Source: Scenedesmus sp. PABB004
Lineage: Eukaryota
Assembly (NCBI GenBank): GCA_014905635.1
Contig: CM026548.1
Location: 992,001-1,056,000, forward strand
Direction of reading: 5' to 3'
DNA: 64,000 nucleotides
Shown: in pieces, positions 44,288 through 54,766 of the stretch
How the letters are laid out: each line of letters opens with the position of its first letter
Position numbering within the stretch: position 1 is the first letter of the stretch
Notes under the pieces: model-generated
Seen by the model: only the letters and a program-made list of their open reading frames with translations
Databases searched by the model: none
What the model was told of the DNA's origin: nothing
Translations under genes and position numbers: made by a program

Positions 44288-46645
44288 TCACGGCGCCGCC
44301 GCGGGCGGCAGCGCGTCGAGGCCGACCAGCTGCTCCAGCCCCGCGCGCAGCCGCCCCGCCGCCTCCACGCACGCGCCCGGCGTGAGGTTGGCAAACGCGA
44401 CGCGCAGGTGCCCCGGAGCGCCGCACGCGCTGCCGGGTATCGCGCACACGCCGTGCTCGCTGATGAGCCACGCCACGGCGGCCTCGTCGGCGGCCGCAAA
44501 GCGCTCCGGTAGCGCCGCCCAGTAATAGATAGCGCCCTCGCCGCCGGCCACGCCCGCGCCGCGGCGCCCGAGCGGCACCAGCGCGTCGGCGACGGCGCAC
44601 CGGTTGCCCTCCAGCCCCGCCACCTGCGCGGCGACGTACGCCCGCGACTCGCCGCTCAGCGCCGCGAGCGCGAGGTGCTGCGAGAGCTGGCTCGCGCAGA
44701 TGGGGATGGTGTCTTGAACCTGCGCCGGCGCAGTCGCGGCGGGGCGCGGGGGCCGTCGGCGGCGCGCGGCGGGGCGCGTGTGGGCGCGGGGGCCGTCGGC
44801 GGCGCGCGCGCTCTGCTGGCAAACGCGGCGTGCCTTGAGGATTTCGTCGGCGAGCCGCCCGCCGCCGCCCGCCGCGGCGCCCGGGTATGCTATGTACCCC
44901 ACGCGCCAGCCCATCATGCCCGCGCACTTGCTGAAGCTGAAGAGGTGCAGCACGTTGGGGCCTGGCGGCGGCGCGCGGCGCGCGGCGGCGCGGCGGCGGC
45001 GGCGGTCAAGGGGCGGCGCGCGGCAGCGGCCGGCGGCCGGCGGCCGGCGGCGGCGCGCACCCGGGACGCAGTGGTGGGTGCCGCCGTCGTACAGAAAGTC
45101 CTCGTAACTGTTGAATTCAGATTTGATTCGAGCGGCGCGGGCGCGGGCGCGGGCGCGGGCGCAGGCGCGTGAGCACGCGGTGCGGCGGCGCAGGCGGGGC
45201 GGCTGGCGCCGCGTGCGCCGGCCGCGCGGCGCGCGCCGCCGCACGTGCAGTCCAGCACGAGCCACGCGCCCGCGGCCGCGCACAGCGCCGCCGCGCGCTC
45301 CAGCTCCTCGCGCGGCAGCAGCACGCCTGCGGCGGCGGGCGGCGTGACGGCGCGGCGGGCTCTCGGGCATGCCGCGGCGGGCCGCGTCCAGCCCCCACCC
45401 TCTACACCATCCCCCACGCGCCCGTGGGGTTACAGGGGTTTGTGATCACCACCATCTTGGGCGGCGCCGGCCCCGCGAGCGCGCCGGCCAGCCAGTCGAG
45501 GTCGGGGCGCAGCGACCCCGGCAGCGACGGCCCCAGCAGCACCTTGTGGGGTGCAGCGGCAGCGGCGGCGGCGGCACGGCGGCGCGTCGGCGGGGGCCGG
45601 CGGCGTGCCGAGACGCGCGCGCGCCGCGCCTGGGGCGCAGGGCGGCGGCGGCGGCGGCCGCGCGGGCTGCGCAGGCTGGCTCACGCCGGTGTCAGTCATC
45701 TGCAGGGCCATGAGATGGTTGAAGTAGTATGGAGTGAACAGGACCACCCTGTCGCTGGCGTCGCACAGCGACAGCACCAGGTTCTGCGCGGCGCCGGGCG
45801 CGCGCGGCGCGGGGCGGCGCGCGCGGGCTCGGGCGCGCCCGGCGCCGCGCGCTCGCGCGCGCGCCGCCGCGCGGCGTCCACCCGGGGCGCTGGCGGGCCG
45901 CGCGCGTCCGGCGTCGCTGGTCGCCCCCCGCGCGCGCCGCGGCCGCCGCGAGGCGCGGCGGCGGGCGCGCCGTGCGCACCACGAAGCCTTGGTTGGCGCC
46001 GGCCGTCACCATCGCCTCGTAGCCCGGCAGACCGTTGACAGATGTGAGCTTGGCGGCGAGCGCCTCGCGCAGCGCGGGCAGGCCGTCGGCCGGGCCGTAG
46101 CCGTGGACGGCCGGCCCGCCGGCCGCGAGCAGCTCCGCCGCGCGCGCGGCGGCCGCCGGCGGCGGCTGCCAGTGCACAATGCCCTGCGCCAGCGACAGAA
46201 CCTGCGCCGGGGCGCGCCAGCGCCGCACGGGCCGGCATCGCGCCGCGGCGCGAGGCGCAGCGCGAGAGAAGCAGCCCGCCGCGCCGCGCACGCGCGGCGC
46301 GCGCGGCGCGCGCGCACGGGTCGGCCGGGCGGTGCTCGCGCCATCATGGCCTTGGTCTTGACGATCACGGGCGCGTCGGTGGCCAGCACGCGGCGCGACA
46401 CCTGCCAGCGGGCGCGGGCGCGGCCGCAGCAGCGGGCGCTCGCAGCTCACCAAGCAGTGCCGTGCGCCTGTGCCCCCCTGTGTGCTCCCCGGACTCCCCG
46501 GACCCCCACAAACCTGCGGGAGTACCAGTCGGGGCGCGGCGTCGCCGCCCTGCGCCGCCAGCGGCAGCAGCGCTGCTCGCCGCTGCCGCGCGGCCGCACG
46601 GCCGCACGGCGCGGCCTGCCGCCCGCTGCGGCGTGCCAGCCGCAT
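44288..46645 (-). CDS. Class I/II PLP aminotransferase, ISS1/VAS1-like aromatic aminotransferase, with N-terminal transit-peptide-like extension
   Basis: SRRVLATDAPVI, SLAQGIVHWQPP, YGPADGLPALR, VTAGANQ, PYYFNH, NPCNPT, LVLDCT/YEDF, FSFSKCAGMMGWRVGY, K/VQDTIPIC. Confidence 0.9.
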
Positions 46646-46872
46646 CGCGCGCGAGCTGGGCGCGATCCGGCGGGCGCGGCGCTGTCAGGTGCGGCGGCAA
46701 GCGGGCGGCAGCGTGTGCGCTGCCGCTGGCTGGTGCCGGACGCGGCGACCACCGAGCGGGCGCGGGGCGGTGCAGTTGCGGGGCGGCGGCCGGCCGGCGT
46801 CGGTGCAACCTCTCGCACGTCACTGCGCGGAGCCCGCCACGCCCCGCCCCCGACGCGCTCGGCTGCCCGTCG

Positions 46873-47676
46873 TCACGCCGGGCTCGACCGGTCGGCGCCG
46901 GCGTCGTCGCCCTGCGCCGCGCCCAGGCCCTCGACGACGCCCTGGCCCGCGGCCTTGGGCGACTCGGCCTCGGCCTCGCGCACGCCCGCGAGCGCTGCCT
47001 TGGTCGCGCCGTCGACGCGCGGCCCGGCGCCGCCCGGCAGCGTCGGGTCGTTCTGCCCGCGGCGCGGGCATGGGCGCGCGTGGGCGGCGCGGTACGCGGC
47101 CGGCGCGCGGCAAGGGGCGCGCGCTGCTGCGCGCAGGGCCCCCCGGCGCGCGCCTGCACTGGATACGCTGCCGGGTCGTCCACGCCCTCCAGCTTGGCGC
47201 CCGCCGGCCCGGCCTCGTCGCGCGGGAAGCTCATCTTCTCCTGCGTGGCCTGGCTGGCGCGCGCAGCAGGCGGGCGCGGTGCAGCGCGGCGGGCGGGGCG
47301 CGGCGCGCGGCGCGCGGTGCGCGGCGCGCGGTGCGCGGTGCGCGGCGCGGCACAGCGCGCAGGCGCGCTGCGGGCGGCCGGCGGCTCCCGCGCGCGCCTG
47401 CGTGACCGAGGGGTTTGGCGAGGGCGCGGGGTCGCGGTCTTCGCGGCCGTAGAGCTCGCCGGAGCTCGGCGCTGCGCGGCGCGCGGCGCGGCGGGGCGGC
47501 ACGGCCGGGTGGCGCGGCGGCGCCGGGCGCCCGCCGAGCGCGTGCTGGCCCTGCGCCGCGCACGCACACGAGTCCGGCAGCGGCTTGTCCTTGCCCGCGG
47601 CGGCGCTGGCGTGCAGCGCGCGCCGCGCGGCCAGCGCCGACGACGCCGCCGCTCGGTGCACGAGCGAAGCGAGCAT
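46873..47676 (-). CDS. Small hydrophilic hypothetical protein with mitochondrial-like presequence; multi-exon
   Basis: MLASLVHRAAASSALAARRALHASAAA start; exons in consistent phase, two joined by GC-AG introns; stop 46873-46875. Confidence 0.62.
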   Translation of the reverse strand: MLASLVHRAAASSALAARRALHASAAAGKDKPLPDSCACAAQGQHALGGRPAPPRHPAVPPRRAARRAAPSSGELYGREDRDPAPSPNPSVTQARAGAAGRPQRACALCRAAHRAPRAAHRAPRAAPRPPRCTAPACCARQPGHAGEDELPARRGRAGGRQAGGRGRPGSVSSAGARRGALRAAARAPCRAPAAYRAAHARPCPRRGQNDPTLPGGAGPRVDGATKAALAGVREAEAESPKAAGQGVVEGLGAAQGDDAGADRSSPA

Positions 47677-47987
47677 GGCGGGGGGTTTGGGCGGTGGGCA
47701 CTCGGGTGTGCGGTGATCGCCCTGGGGCCGCGCGGTCGCCGCGCCGGACGGCGCCCGCCTGTCACGACGCGCGTGACGCTGGGGGGGTCGCTGGTGTAGC
47801 CGGTGTGCGCCTTCCCGCCAGCGCGAAGCCCCGCAGACCCGCACGACCCGGGCCACGCGCGACGAACGGCAGCAGCGGCAGCAGCGGCAGCAGCGGCAGC
47901 AGCGCTGCGCCGCGCCGCCCGCTCCCGGCGCCCCCACCGAGCGGCCCGCCACGCGCCAGCAGTTCACACACAGAGTCTTGCGCTGGC

Positions 47988-48651
47988 ATGGCCGCCGCGG
48001 CGCGGCGCGCGGCGCGCGGCCCCGCCTCGCGGAGCGCCGCGCAGCAGCGGCGCCGCGGCGCGCCGCGCCGCGCGGCCTCGGCGGCGGCGGCGGCGACGCG
48101 CGGCGAGGGCTTTGCGCTGCCGCAGCCCATCGCCTTCCACACCGAGCTGCTGCTGGATGCGCCTGCAGCCGGCGGCGCGGCCAGCCCGGACGCGCTCGGC
48201 GCCACGCTGGTCACGCAGGTCAGCCTCGACCGCTGGCCGCGCTTCGCGGAGCAGGCCGCGTCGTGGGGCGGCCCTGCGAGCGTGGCGGTGTACCTCCCCG
48301 CGCCGGCCGGCAGCGCGGCCGGCGCTGCCGCAGCCGCGCTCGCGCGGCGCTTGGGAGCGGAGCTCGCTGCGGCGCACCCCGGCCAGGCGCTGCGCGTGGT
48401 CGGGCTCTACGCGGCGGGCCACGCCCGCGAGGGCGCGGCCGCGCTCGCGGCGACGGGTGCGCTGGCGCGCGGGCGCGCAGGCAGGCGCGCGGGCGCGCAG
48501 GCAGGCGCGCGGGCGCGCAGGCAGGCGCGGCCGCGCCCCGCACCCGGCGCGGCCGCCTGACGCGCCCCCGCGCCGCGCCGCCGCCGCGCCGCCGCCGCGC
48601 CGCCGCCGCGCCGCGCGCGCAGGTGCGCCGCACCCGCTGCTGAGCCCGCCG

Positions 48652-48693
<42 letters not shown>

Positions 48694-49655
48694 CCGCCGA
48701 GCTACGACGAGCTCTATCCGATCAACGCCCTGCGCAACGCCGCGCTCGCGGCGGCGGCCAGCCCGCTCGTGGTCTTTGCCGACGCCGACTGCTTGCTGAG
48801 CGAGGGCCTCGCCGCGCGGCTCGCGGCGCCGGAGCTGCGCGGCGCGCTGCTCGCCGGCGGCGGCGCGCCGCGGCGGCGAGCGTCGGGTGGCGGGGGCGGG
48901 CCGGGCGCCCGGCCCGTGATGCTCGTGCTGCCGCCCTTTGAGCTGGCCGGCCCGCCGCCGCCGGACGGCGCCGCGCTGGCCGCCGCGCCGCGCACCAAGC
49001 GCGCGCTCGCGTCCGCGCTCGCCGCCGGGGCGGTCGCGCCCTTCCACTGCGGCGCGTTTGCGCCGCCGTCGCCGCCGGTCGACCTCGACACGTGGCTCGC
49101 GGCAGAGCGGTCGTTTGAGGTGCCCTGGACCGAGGGGTTTGAGCCGCAGGGCGTCGCGTGCCGCGCGGAGCTGCCGCGCTGGAGCGAGTCCTTCCGGTGG
49201 GGGCTGGGCGCGCTCGCGGCGGCCCGGCCGCGCGCGTGTGCGCCGGTCGTTGTCGCTGCCCCGCTCGCGCGCTGCGCTGACCTGCTGCCGCCCCACTCAC
49301 ACGCTGCCGAAGCGGCTATGGCCTCAACAAGGTGCAGCACGCGTGGCACGCGGCGCAGCTGGGCTTCCGCTTCCTGGTGCGCGCGGCGGCGCGCTCGAGC
49401 TGCCAGGAAGAAGAGCCGGGCGCCAGCGCCGGCGGCGGCTCACGCGCGGCCGCCCGCCCGCCGCCGCCGCAGGTGCTGCACGACGCGTTCACGGTCACCG
49501 CGCCGCACGCGCGCGCGCCGAGCTGGCGCCCCGCGCCCGGCGGCGCGGCCGACGCGGCGCACCTGTCGCGCATCGCGCGCGTCTATGACGCGTGGAAGGC
49601 CGACTGGCTCGCGCGCAACGGGCGCCGTGGCGACGTGCGAGCGGCGGCGGCGTAA
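47988..49655 (+). CDS. Glycosyltransferase family 49 (LARGE/B4GAT1-like)
   Basis: TLVTQVSLDR...WGGPASVAVY, YPINALRNAAL, DAD (DxD), FEP, F-GYGLNK..H, F.VL..AF...PH. Stop TAA 49653-49655. Confidence 0.86.
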
Positions 49656-49812
49656 CTGCGCTGCTCCCCCTGTCTCACCGCACCGTGCCGTGGCGGCCCG
49701 GCCGAGCGAGCAGGATCGGGCGCGGGAGCAGGGTCGGGCGCGGGAGCGGGCGCGGGAGCGCGTTACCGGCCGCGGTGCGGCGCCCACGCGGGCGCGCTGC
49801 GCGGTGTCTCGC

Positions 49813-51493
49813 TCACAGGCACGCTTTGGGCGCGCGGGCCGCGCCGTCGCCGCCCGCGAGCCGGCTGTGCTGCCGGCCCAGGCGGTGCGCGACGTAGAGC
49901 CACGCCAGGCACACCGCGCACCCCGCCGCGCCGACGCCCGCCTGCCCGAGGCTCCACCGCACGTCTGCGGCGCGCCGCGCGCGGGGTCGGCGGCGTCAGC
50001 GCCCAAACACACGGCCGCGCCGCCCGCGCCGCTGGGCCTGGCATCTCAGCAGCCGACCCCGGCCGCGGCCCCCGCCTCGGCCCCGCCGCGGCGCACCGAG
50101 CAGCTGGAATGCCGCCGCCGCGAGCGCGTCGCCGAGGCGCTGCACCACGGTGTCGATGACCAGCTTGGCCCGGTACTTTTCGTCCCGCGACACGACCGTG
50201 AACAGCACCTGCGGCGGCGCGCGCACGGCGCACGCGTGTGCGCGGCGCGCGCGCGTGTGCGCGGCGCGGCCAGCCGCGAGAGGGGCCGCGGCGGCGCCCC
50301 CAACCCCCGCCCGCAGCGCAACGCCCCCCGGAGCGGCCCGCAGCGCCCCGACCCACGGCGCACCTCGCGCGCGGGTCGGTTGACGGCGTAGCCAAACACC
50401 TTGCGCGTGACCTCAAAGCCCGCGACGACGGCGGGCAGCGGCGCGAGGCACACGGCCGCCGTGCCCGCGAGGCAGAGCACCGGGCCGAGCGAGAGCGCGG
50501 CGGGCATGCCGAGCGAGCGCAGGAGGCTGCTCGTCGCGAGGAGCTGCATGAGCAGGATGGCCAACGCGCTCCACGAGTTCTGCGCGCCGCGGCGGCGGCG
50601 GCGCGGCCGTGGCGGCGCGTGTTGGTGGAGCGGTGCTGCGGGCGCGCTCGCCGCTCGGCACGCGGCGCGCGGCGCGGGCGCACCAGCGCGGCGAAGAACG
50701 CCGTGCGATGGGTCGACGGCATCGCGCGCGACACCACGAGCGCGCGCTGGAAATACATGAGCGAACCGACGACCTGCGGCGCGGCAGAGGCGGCGGCGGC
50801 GGGCACGTCGCGCCGGCGCGTCGCCTCGCCGGCGGTGCCGCGCACGCCCGTGCGGAGCGGCGCAGCGGTGCGTGCAGCGGCGCGCGCACGTAGGTGAGCA
50901 GCAGGTTGCCGCAGAGCAGCAGCAGGTAGGGGCTGGCCAGGATGAGGCGGAAGCCGGCCAGCATGCTGCCCACCTGCGCACGGCGCATGGCGGGCGGGGG
51001 CGCGCGCGGCGGGGCGCACGCAGGGCGGGGCGCCTGAGCTTGGAGGCGCGGGGGCGAGGGAGCGGGTGTGTGCGTGTGCGCCCCGGCGGGCCGCCGCACC
51101 TGCGGGACCTGGCCACAGCTCCGCGCGCCGCCGCCGCTGACCCTCGCGCCGCCGCCGCCGCCGTCGCTCGTGAGCCGCGCGAGGCCCGGCCCCGCCGCGC
51201 CGCGCTCGGCGAGGCTCGCGCGGCGCTTGAGCGGCGCGAGGCTGTCGGCCTCGCACTCGGCACCCGCGCCGAGCAGCTCCGCCGCGCCCGCCGCCGCGGC
51301 GGGCCCCGGCCCCGCGCACGCGACAATGGCCGTGGCGCCGCCGTGCGGCAGCGGCCGCACGCGGCACACCAGCTGCGCCGCGGCCAGCTGCAGCAGCGCC
51401 GACAGGAGGATCAGCGACGACGCCGGCGCTGCTGCGGCGGCGGGGGCGTGCTGCTGCTGCTCCTGCTCCTGCTGCTGCTCGCCGGCGCCGCCG

Positions 51494-51543
<50 letters not shown>

Positions 51544-52658
51544 GCCAACCGCCTCCGCCGCCCACGCGACCAGCATCGCCAGCAGCGACCCCGCGAGCTG
51601 CCCGAGCGTGGCGCCCGCCGAGATGAGGCCAAACAGGCGCGCGCCCGCCTGCGAGCGCGCGGGCTCGGCGGCGGGCCCGGCGGCGGGCCCGGCGCCGGGC
51701 CGCGCGCGCGGCGCGCGCGGCGGCGGCGCGGGCGGGCGGGCGGGCGCGCCGCCGCCGCCGCACCTCGGGCGTGAACGCGTCGGCGCAGCGCGCCCACAGG
51801 CTGGAGATGCCCACCAAGTTCATCACGCCCACCCACACGAACAGCCCCATGCGCAGCAGCCGCTGCGGCTGGCTGAGCGCGGGGTCGCCGTAGCGGCTCG
51901 TGACGCCGCGCCGCGACGCCGCGGCGCCGGCGCTGCCGTTGCCGGCGGCGCCGCCCGGCGGCGCCGGCGCCGGCGCCGCGCCGCCGCCCTGCCAGCGCGG
52001 CAGCGCCGGCGGCGTGCCGGCCGCGGGCGCGCCCGCGCGCTGGCCGAGCTGCAGCTGCAGCGCCGGCGCGGCGCGGCCCGCGAGCGCCTCGAGCGCGGCA
52101 AGGTTGTAGGCAAAGAAGAAGGCTGCCAGCACCGCCGCCATCAGGGTGTAAAACTGGCGCAGCGCGCGCTCGCGGCTCGCGGCGCAGCGCGCGCGCGAGA
52201 GGAACGCCGCCGCGGCGGGCGTGAACGCGAGCGTCGCGAGCAGGCTCGCGACGAAGAGCAGCGGCAGCGTGGACGTGCCTGCACGCGGCGCGGTGGGCGG
52301 CGGTGGCGGCGGTGGTGGCGGGCGGCGGCGGCGCCCGCCGCGTGCGCGGCGCCCCGTGCGCGGCGCACCGAGCGCGATGCCGGCATCCTCGCGCAGCGGC
52401 AGGAGCACAAAGTAGCTCGCGAGGAGGCTGAAGAGCGACCAGAAGCTGTACAGCGTCGGCCCGACCTGCGGGAGCAGTGCAGCAGCGAGGAGCAGTGCAG
52501 CAGCTTGGAGCAGTGCAGCGGCGCGTTCGCCGCCGCCGCGGCGCGCGCCGTCGTGCCGTGCGGCACTCGCTGATCGGTTCCCGTCGCTGCCGTCCGGTTC
52601 ATCTCACCTCAGCCTGCTTTATGGACACCACAGCGCTCAGCGCGCGGTGCGCGAGCAT
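49813..52658 (-). CDS. TLC/NTT-like ATP/ADP transporter-related MFS protein
   Basis: YFVLLPLREDAG, FVWVGVMNL..IS.LWAR.AD.F, ARLFGLISAGATLG, ILASPYL, YAVNRPARE/VLFTVVSRDEKYRAKLVIDTVVQRLGD. ATG 52658. Confidence 0.88.
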
Positions 52659-52993
52659 CGGTGCTGCTCACGATGCTGCCGCGCAGGCGCGCGGCCGCGC
52701 GGGGCCCCGCGCGGGCTGTGGCAGAGCACGTGATTTGATGATGACACACAGGGAGCGGACGCCCGCCGGCGCCCCCAAGCGTGGCCGCGGGGAGCGCTCG
52801 ATGTGCGCTTCGCTCGCGGAAGCAGGCCGGGTGGCGCTGGCGGCGCGACGGGCCGCGTCCCAGAGAGTCGTGGGAGTCGTGGGGACTGCGGCCAGGGCGC
52901 ACGGACGCCGCCGCTCCGTGGCGCACGCACAGCCCCGCCGCAGAGCCCCCCGCCGCCGCTCCCGGGCGCGCGAGGAGCTCCCGCGCCACCGAC

Positions 52994-54516
52994 CTATTGC
53001 GGCCAGTGCGCAAACCCCGCCAGCCGCTCCAGAGCCACGGCCGCCCGCCGCACGCGCTCGGGCGCGCCGTCGGCCGCCAGCGCGCGCAGCAGCCCCCCGT
53101 CGCCGCCGCGTAGCGCGGCCGCAACCTCGGCCCGCGCCGCCGGCAGCTCCGCGGTGTTGGCCAGCGTTGCCAGCAGCGCGACGACCAGCTCCTCGTCGCC
53201 GCCGGCGGCCGCGCCGCCGCCGGCCGCGCCGCTCAGCGCGGAGACCAGGCCCGCGACGCCGCGCGGCACGGCGGCCACGGCCTCGCGCCCCGCCAGGCTG
53301 AGCGTCACGGCCATGAGCGCGCCGCCGGCCGCGCCCGCGAGCGCGGAGCCGCCCGGGCGGCCGGCCAGCAGTCCGAGCAGCGCCGCCACCGCGCCGGCGT
53401 CCACGGCCTGCGGGCACGCGCGCGCGGCGGCTCGCGGGTGAGCTGGCCGCCGCGGTGGCGCGCGACGGCTCGCGCTGCGGCCCAGCGCCGGCCCGCACCT
53501 GGACGCGCGCGGCCTCCTCCGTCAGCGCGAGCGCGCCGAGCAGGCGCACTGCGCCGAGCCGCACCGGCTCGGCCGCGGCGGCGTCGGCGAGCAGCGCGGC
53601 GAGGCGGGGCACCGCGCGCACGACGTGCACGAGCGCTGCCAACACCTCCTGGCTGCGCCGCACCTGCGCGGCGGACGGCCGCCTCGGCGCGCGCGCGCGG
53701 GCGGCCGCCAGGGCGGCGCGTGCGGCGCGCGCAGCGCGCAGGCGGGCGGCACGCAGCGCACCCGGGTGCAGAGCAGCAGCAGCTCCAGCGCGCACGCGGC
53801 GCGGCCCGGCGCGTCGGCCTGCGCGTGCGCGAGGAGCGCGGCCAGCGCGCCCTGCTCCGCGGCGAGCGCCGCGCGCGTGGACTGGAACGCCGCCGCGGCG
53901 CGCAGCGCGCCGTACGAGGCGTCCCGCACGCCCGCGTCCGGCCGGCTGAGCAGCGCCAGCAGGCGCGGCAGGCCGCCGTGCTGCAGCAGGTCGCGCGCGC
54001 CGAGCTCCCGGCTGGCCAGCAGCTGCAGCGTGGCCGCCGCGTCCGCCACGAGCGCGTCGTCGCTCTGCGCGCACGGAGCGCCGGCGGCGGAGCGCGCGGG
54101 CATGGGCTCGGGGGAGCCGCGGGCGAGCGCGCGCGGGGGAGCTCCCCGGCCGCGCACCTCCTCCAGGAGCGCCACGAGCGCGGGCGTGACGCCGGCGGCG
54201 ATGCACTGCACATGCTTCTGGGGCACGAGCAGCAGCTCGCTCGCAGCGACGACCGCCCGTGCCCGCAGCGCGGCGTCGCCGCCGCGCAGCTGGCCGACCT
54301 GCGGCGGCGGCGGCGGCGGCTCGGCGCGGCCCCGACGACGGCTTGGCGTGCGGCGGGACGGCAGCGGCGGCGGCGGCGGCCCACAATTTTGGGGTACGCG
54401 CCGGCGCTAAAGGCGAGCGTGACGGCGCCGGCGGGCTGCGGCGGAGGGTCCGGGCGCGCCGCGTGCCGGGCGATGTGCCGCGCGTTGGCCTCCAGGCCGG
54501 CGCTGGCGCGCTCCAT
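52994..54516 (-). CDS. RSP14: Flagellar radial spoke protein 14 (armadillo repeats)
   Basis: HIARHAARPDPP...VTLAF..AYPKIV, HVQCIAAGVTPALVALL, ARM repeats, GALMAVTL..GR, LANTAELPAAR; resembles the Chlamydomonas RSP14 pattern as I recall it. Confidence 0.8.
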
Positions 54517-54766
54517 GCCGGCAGCGTGCGTGCGCGTGGCTGCTGCGTGCCTCTAGACGGCGCAGGCGTGTGAGGAGGGGGCCGGGCTGAAGAAGCGAAG
54601 CGAGCAGCGAGCAGCGGCATGGGGGTTTGACCGTGCCCGTCGGCCTGCCCCCGTGCAGCCCGCCTGCCCACGCCGCTCTCCCCGCTACCGCGCCGACCCG
54701 TTTCGCCCGCAGGCCAGCTCCTGTGCGTCCCGCACAGCCCCCACGCCGCGGGCTGCCCACGCAGGG
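54517..54766. promoter_or_regulatory. Probable bidirectional promoter between RSP14 and RSP4/6
   Basis: 250 nt between two divergent ATGs; no specific motif identified. Confidence 0.5.
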
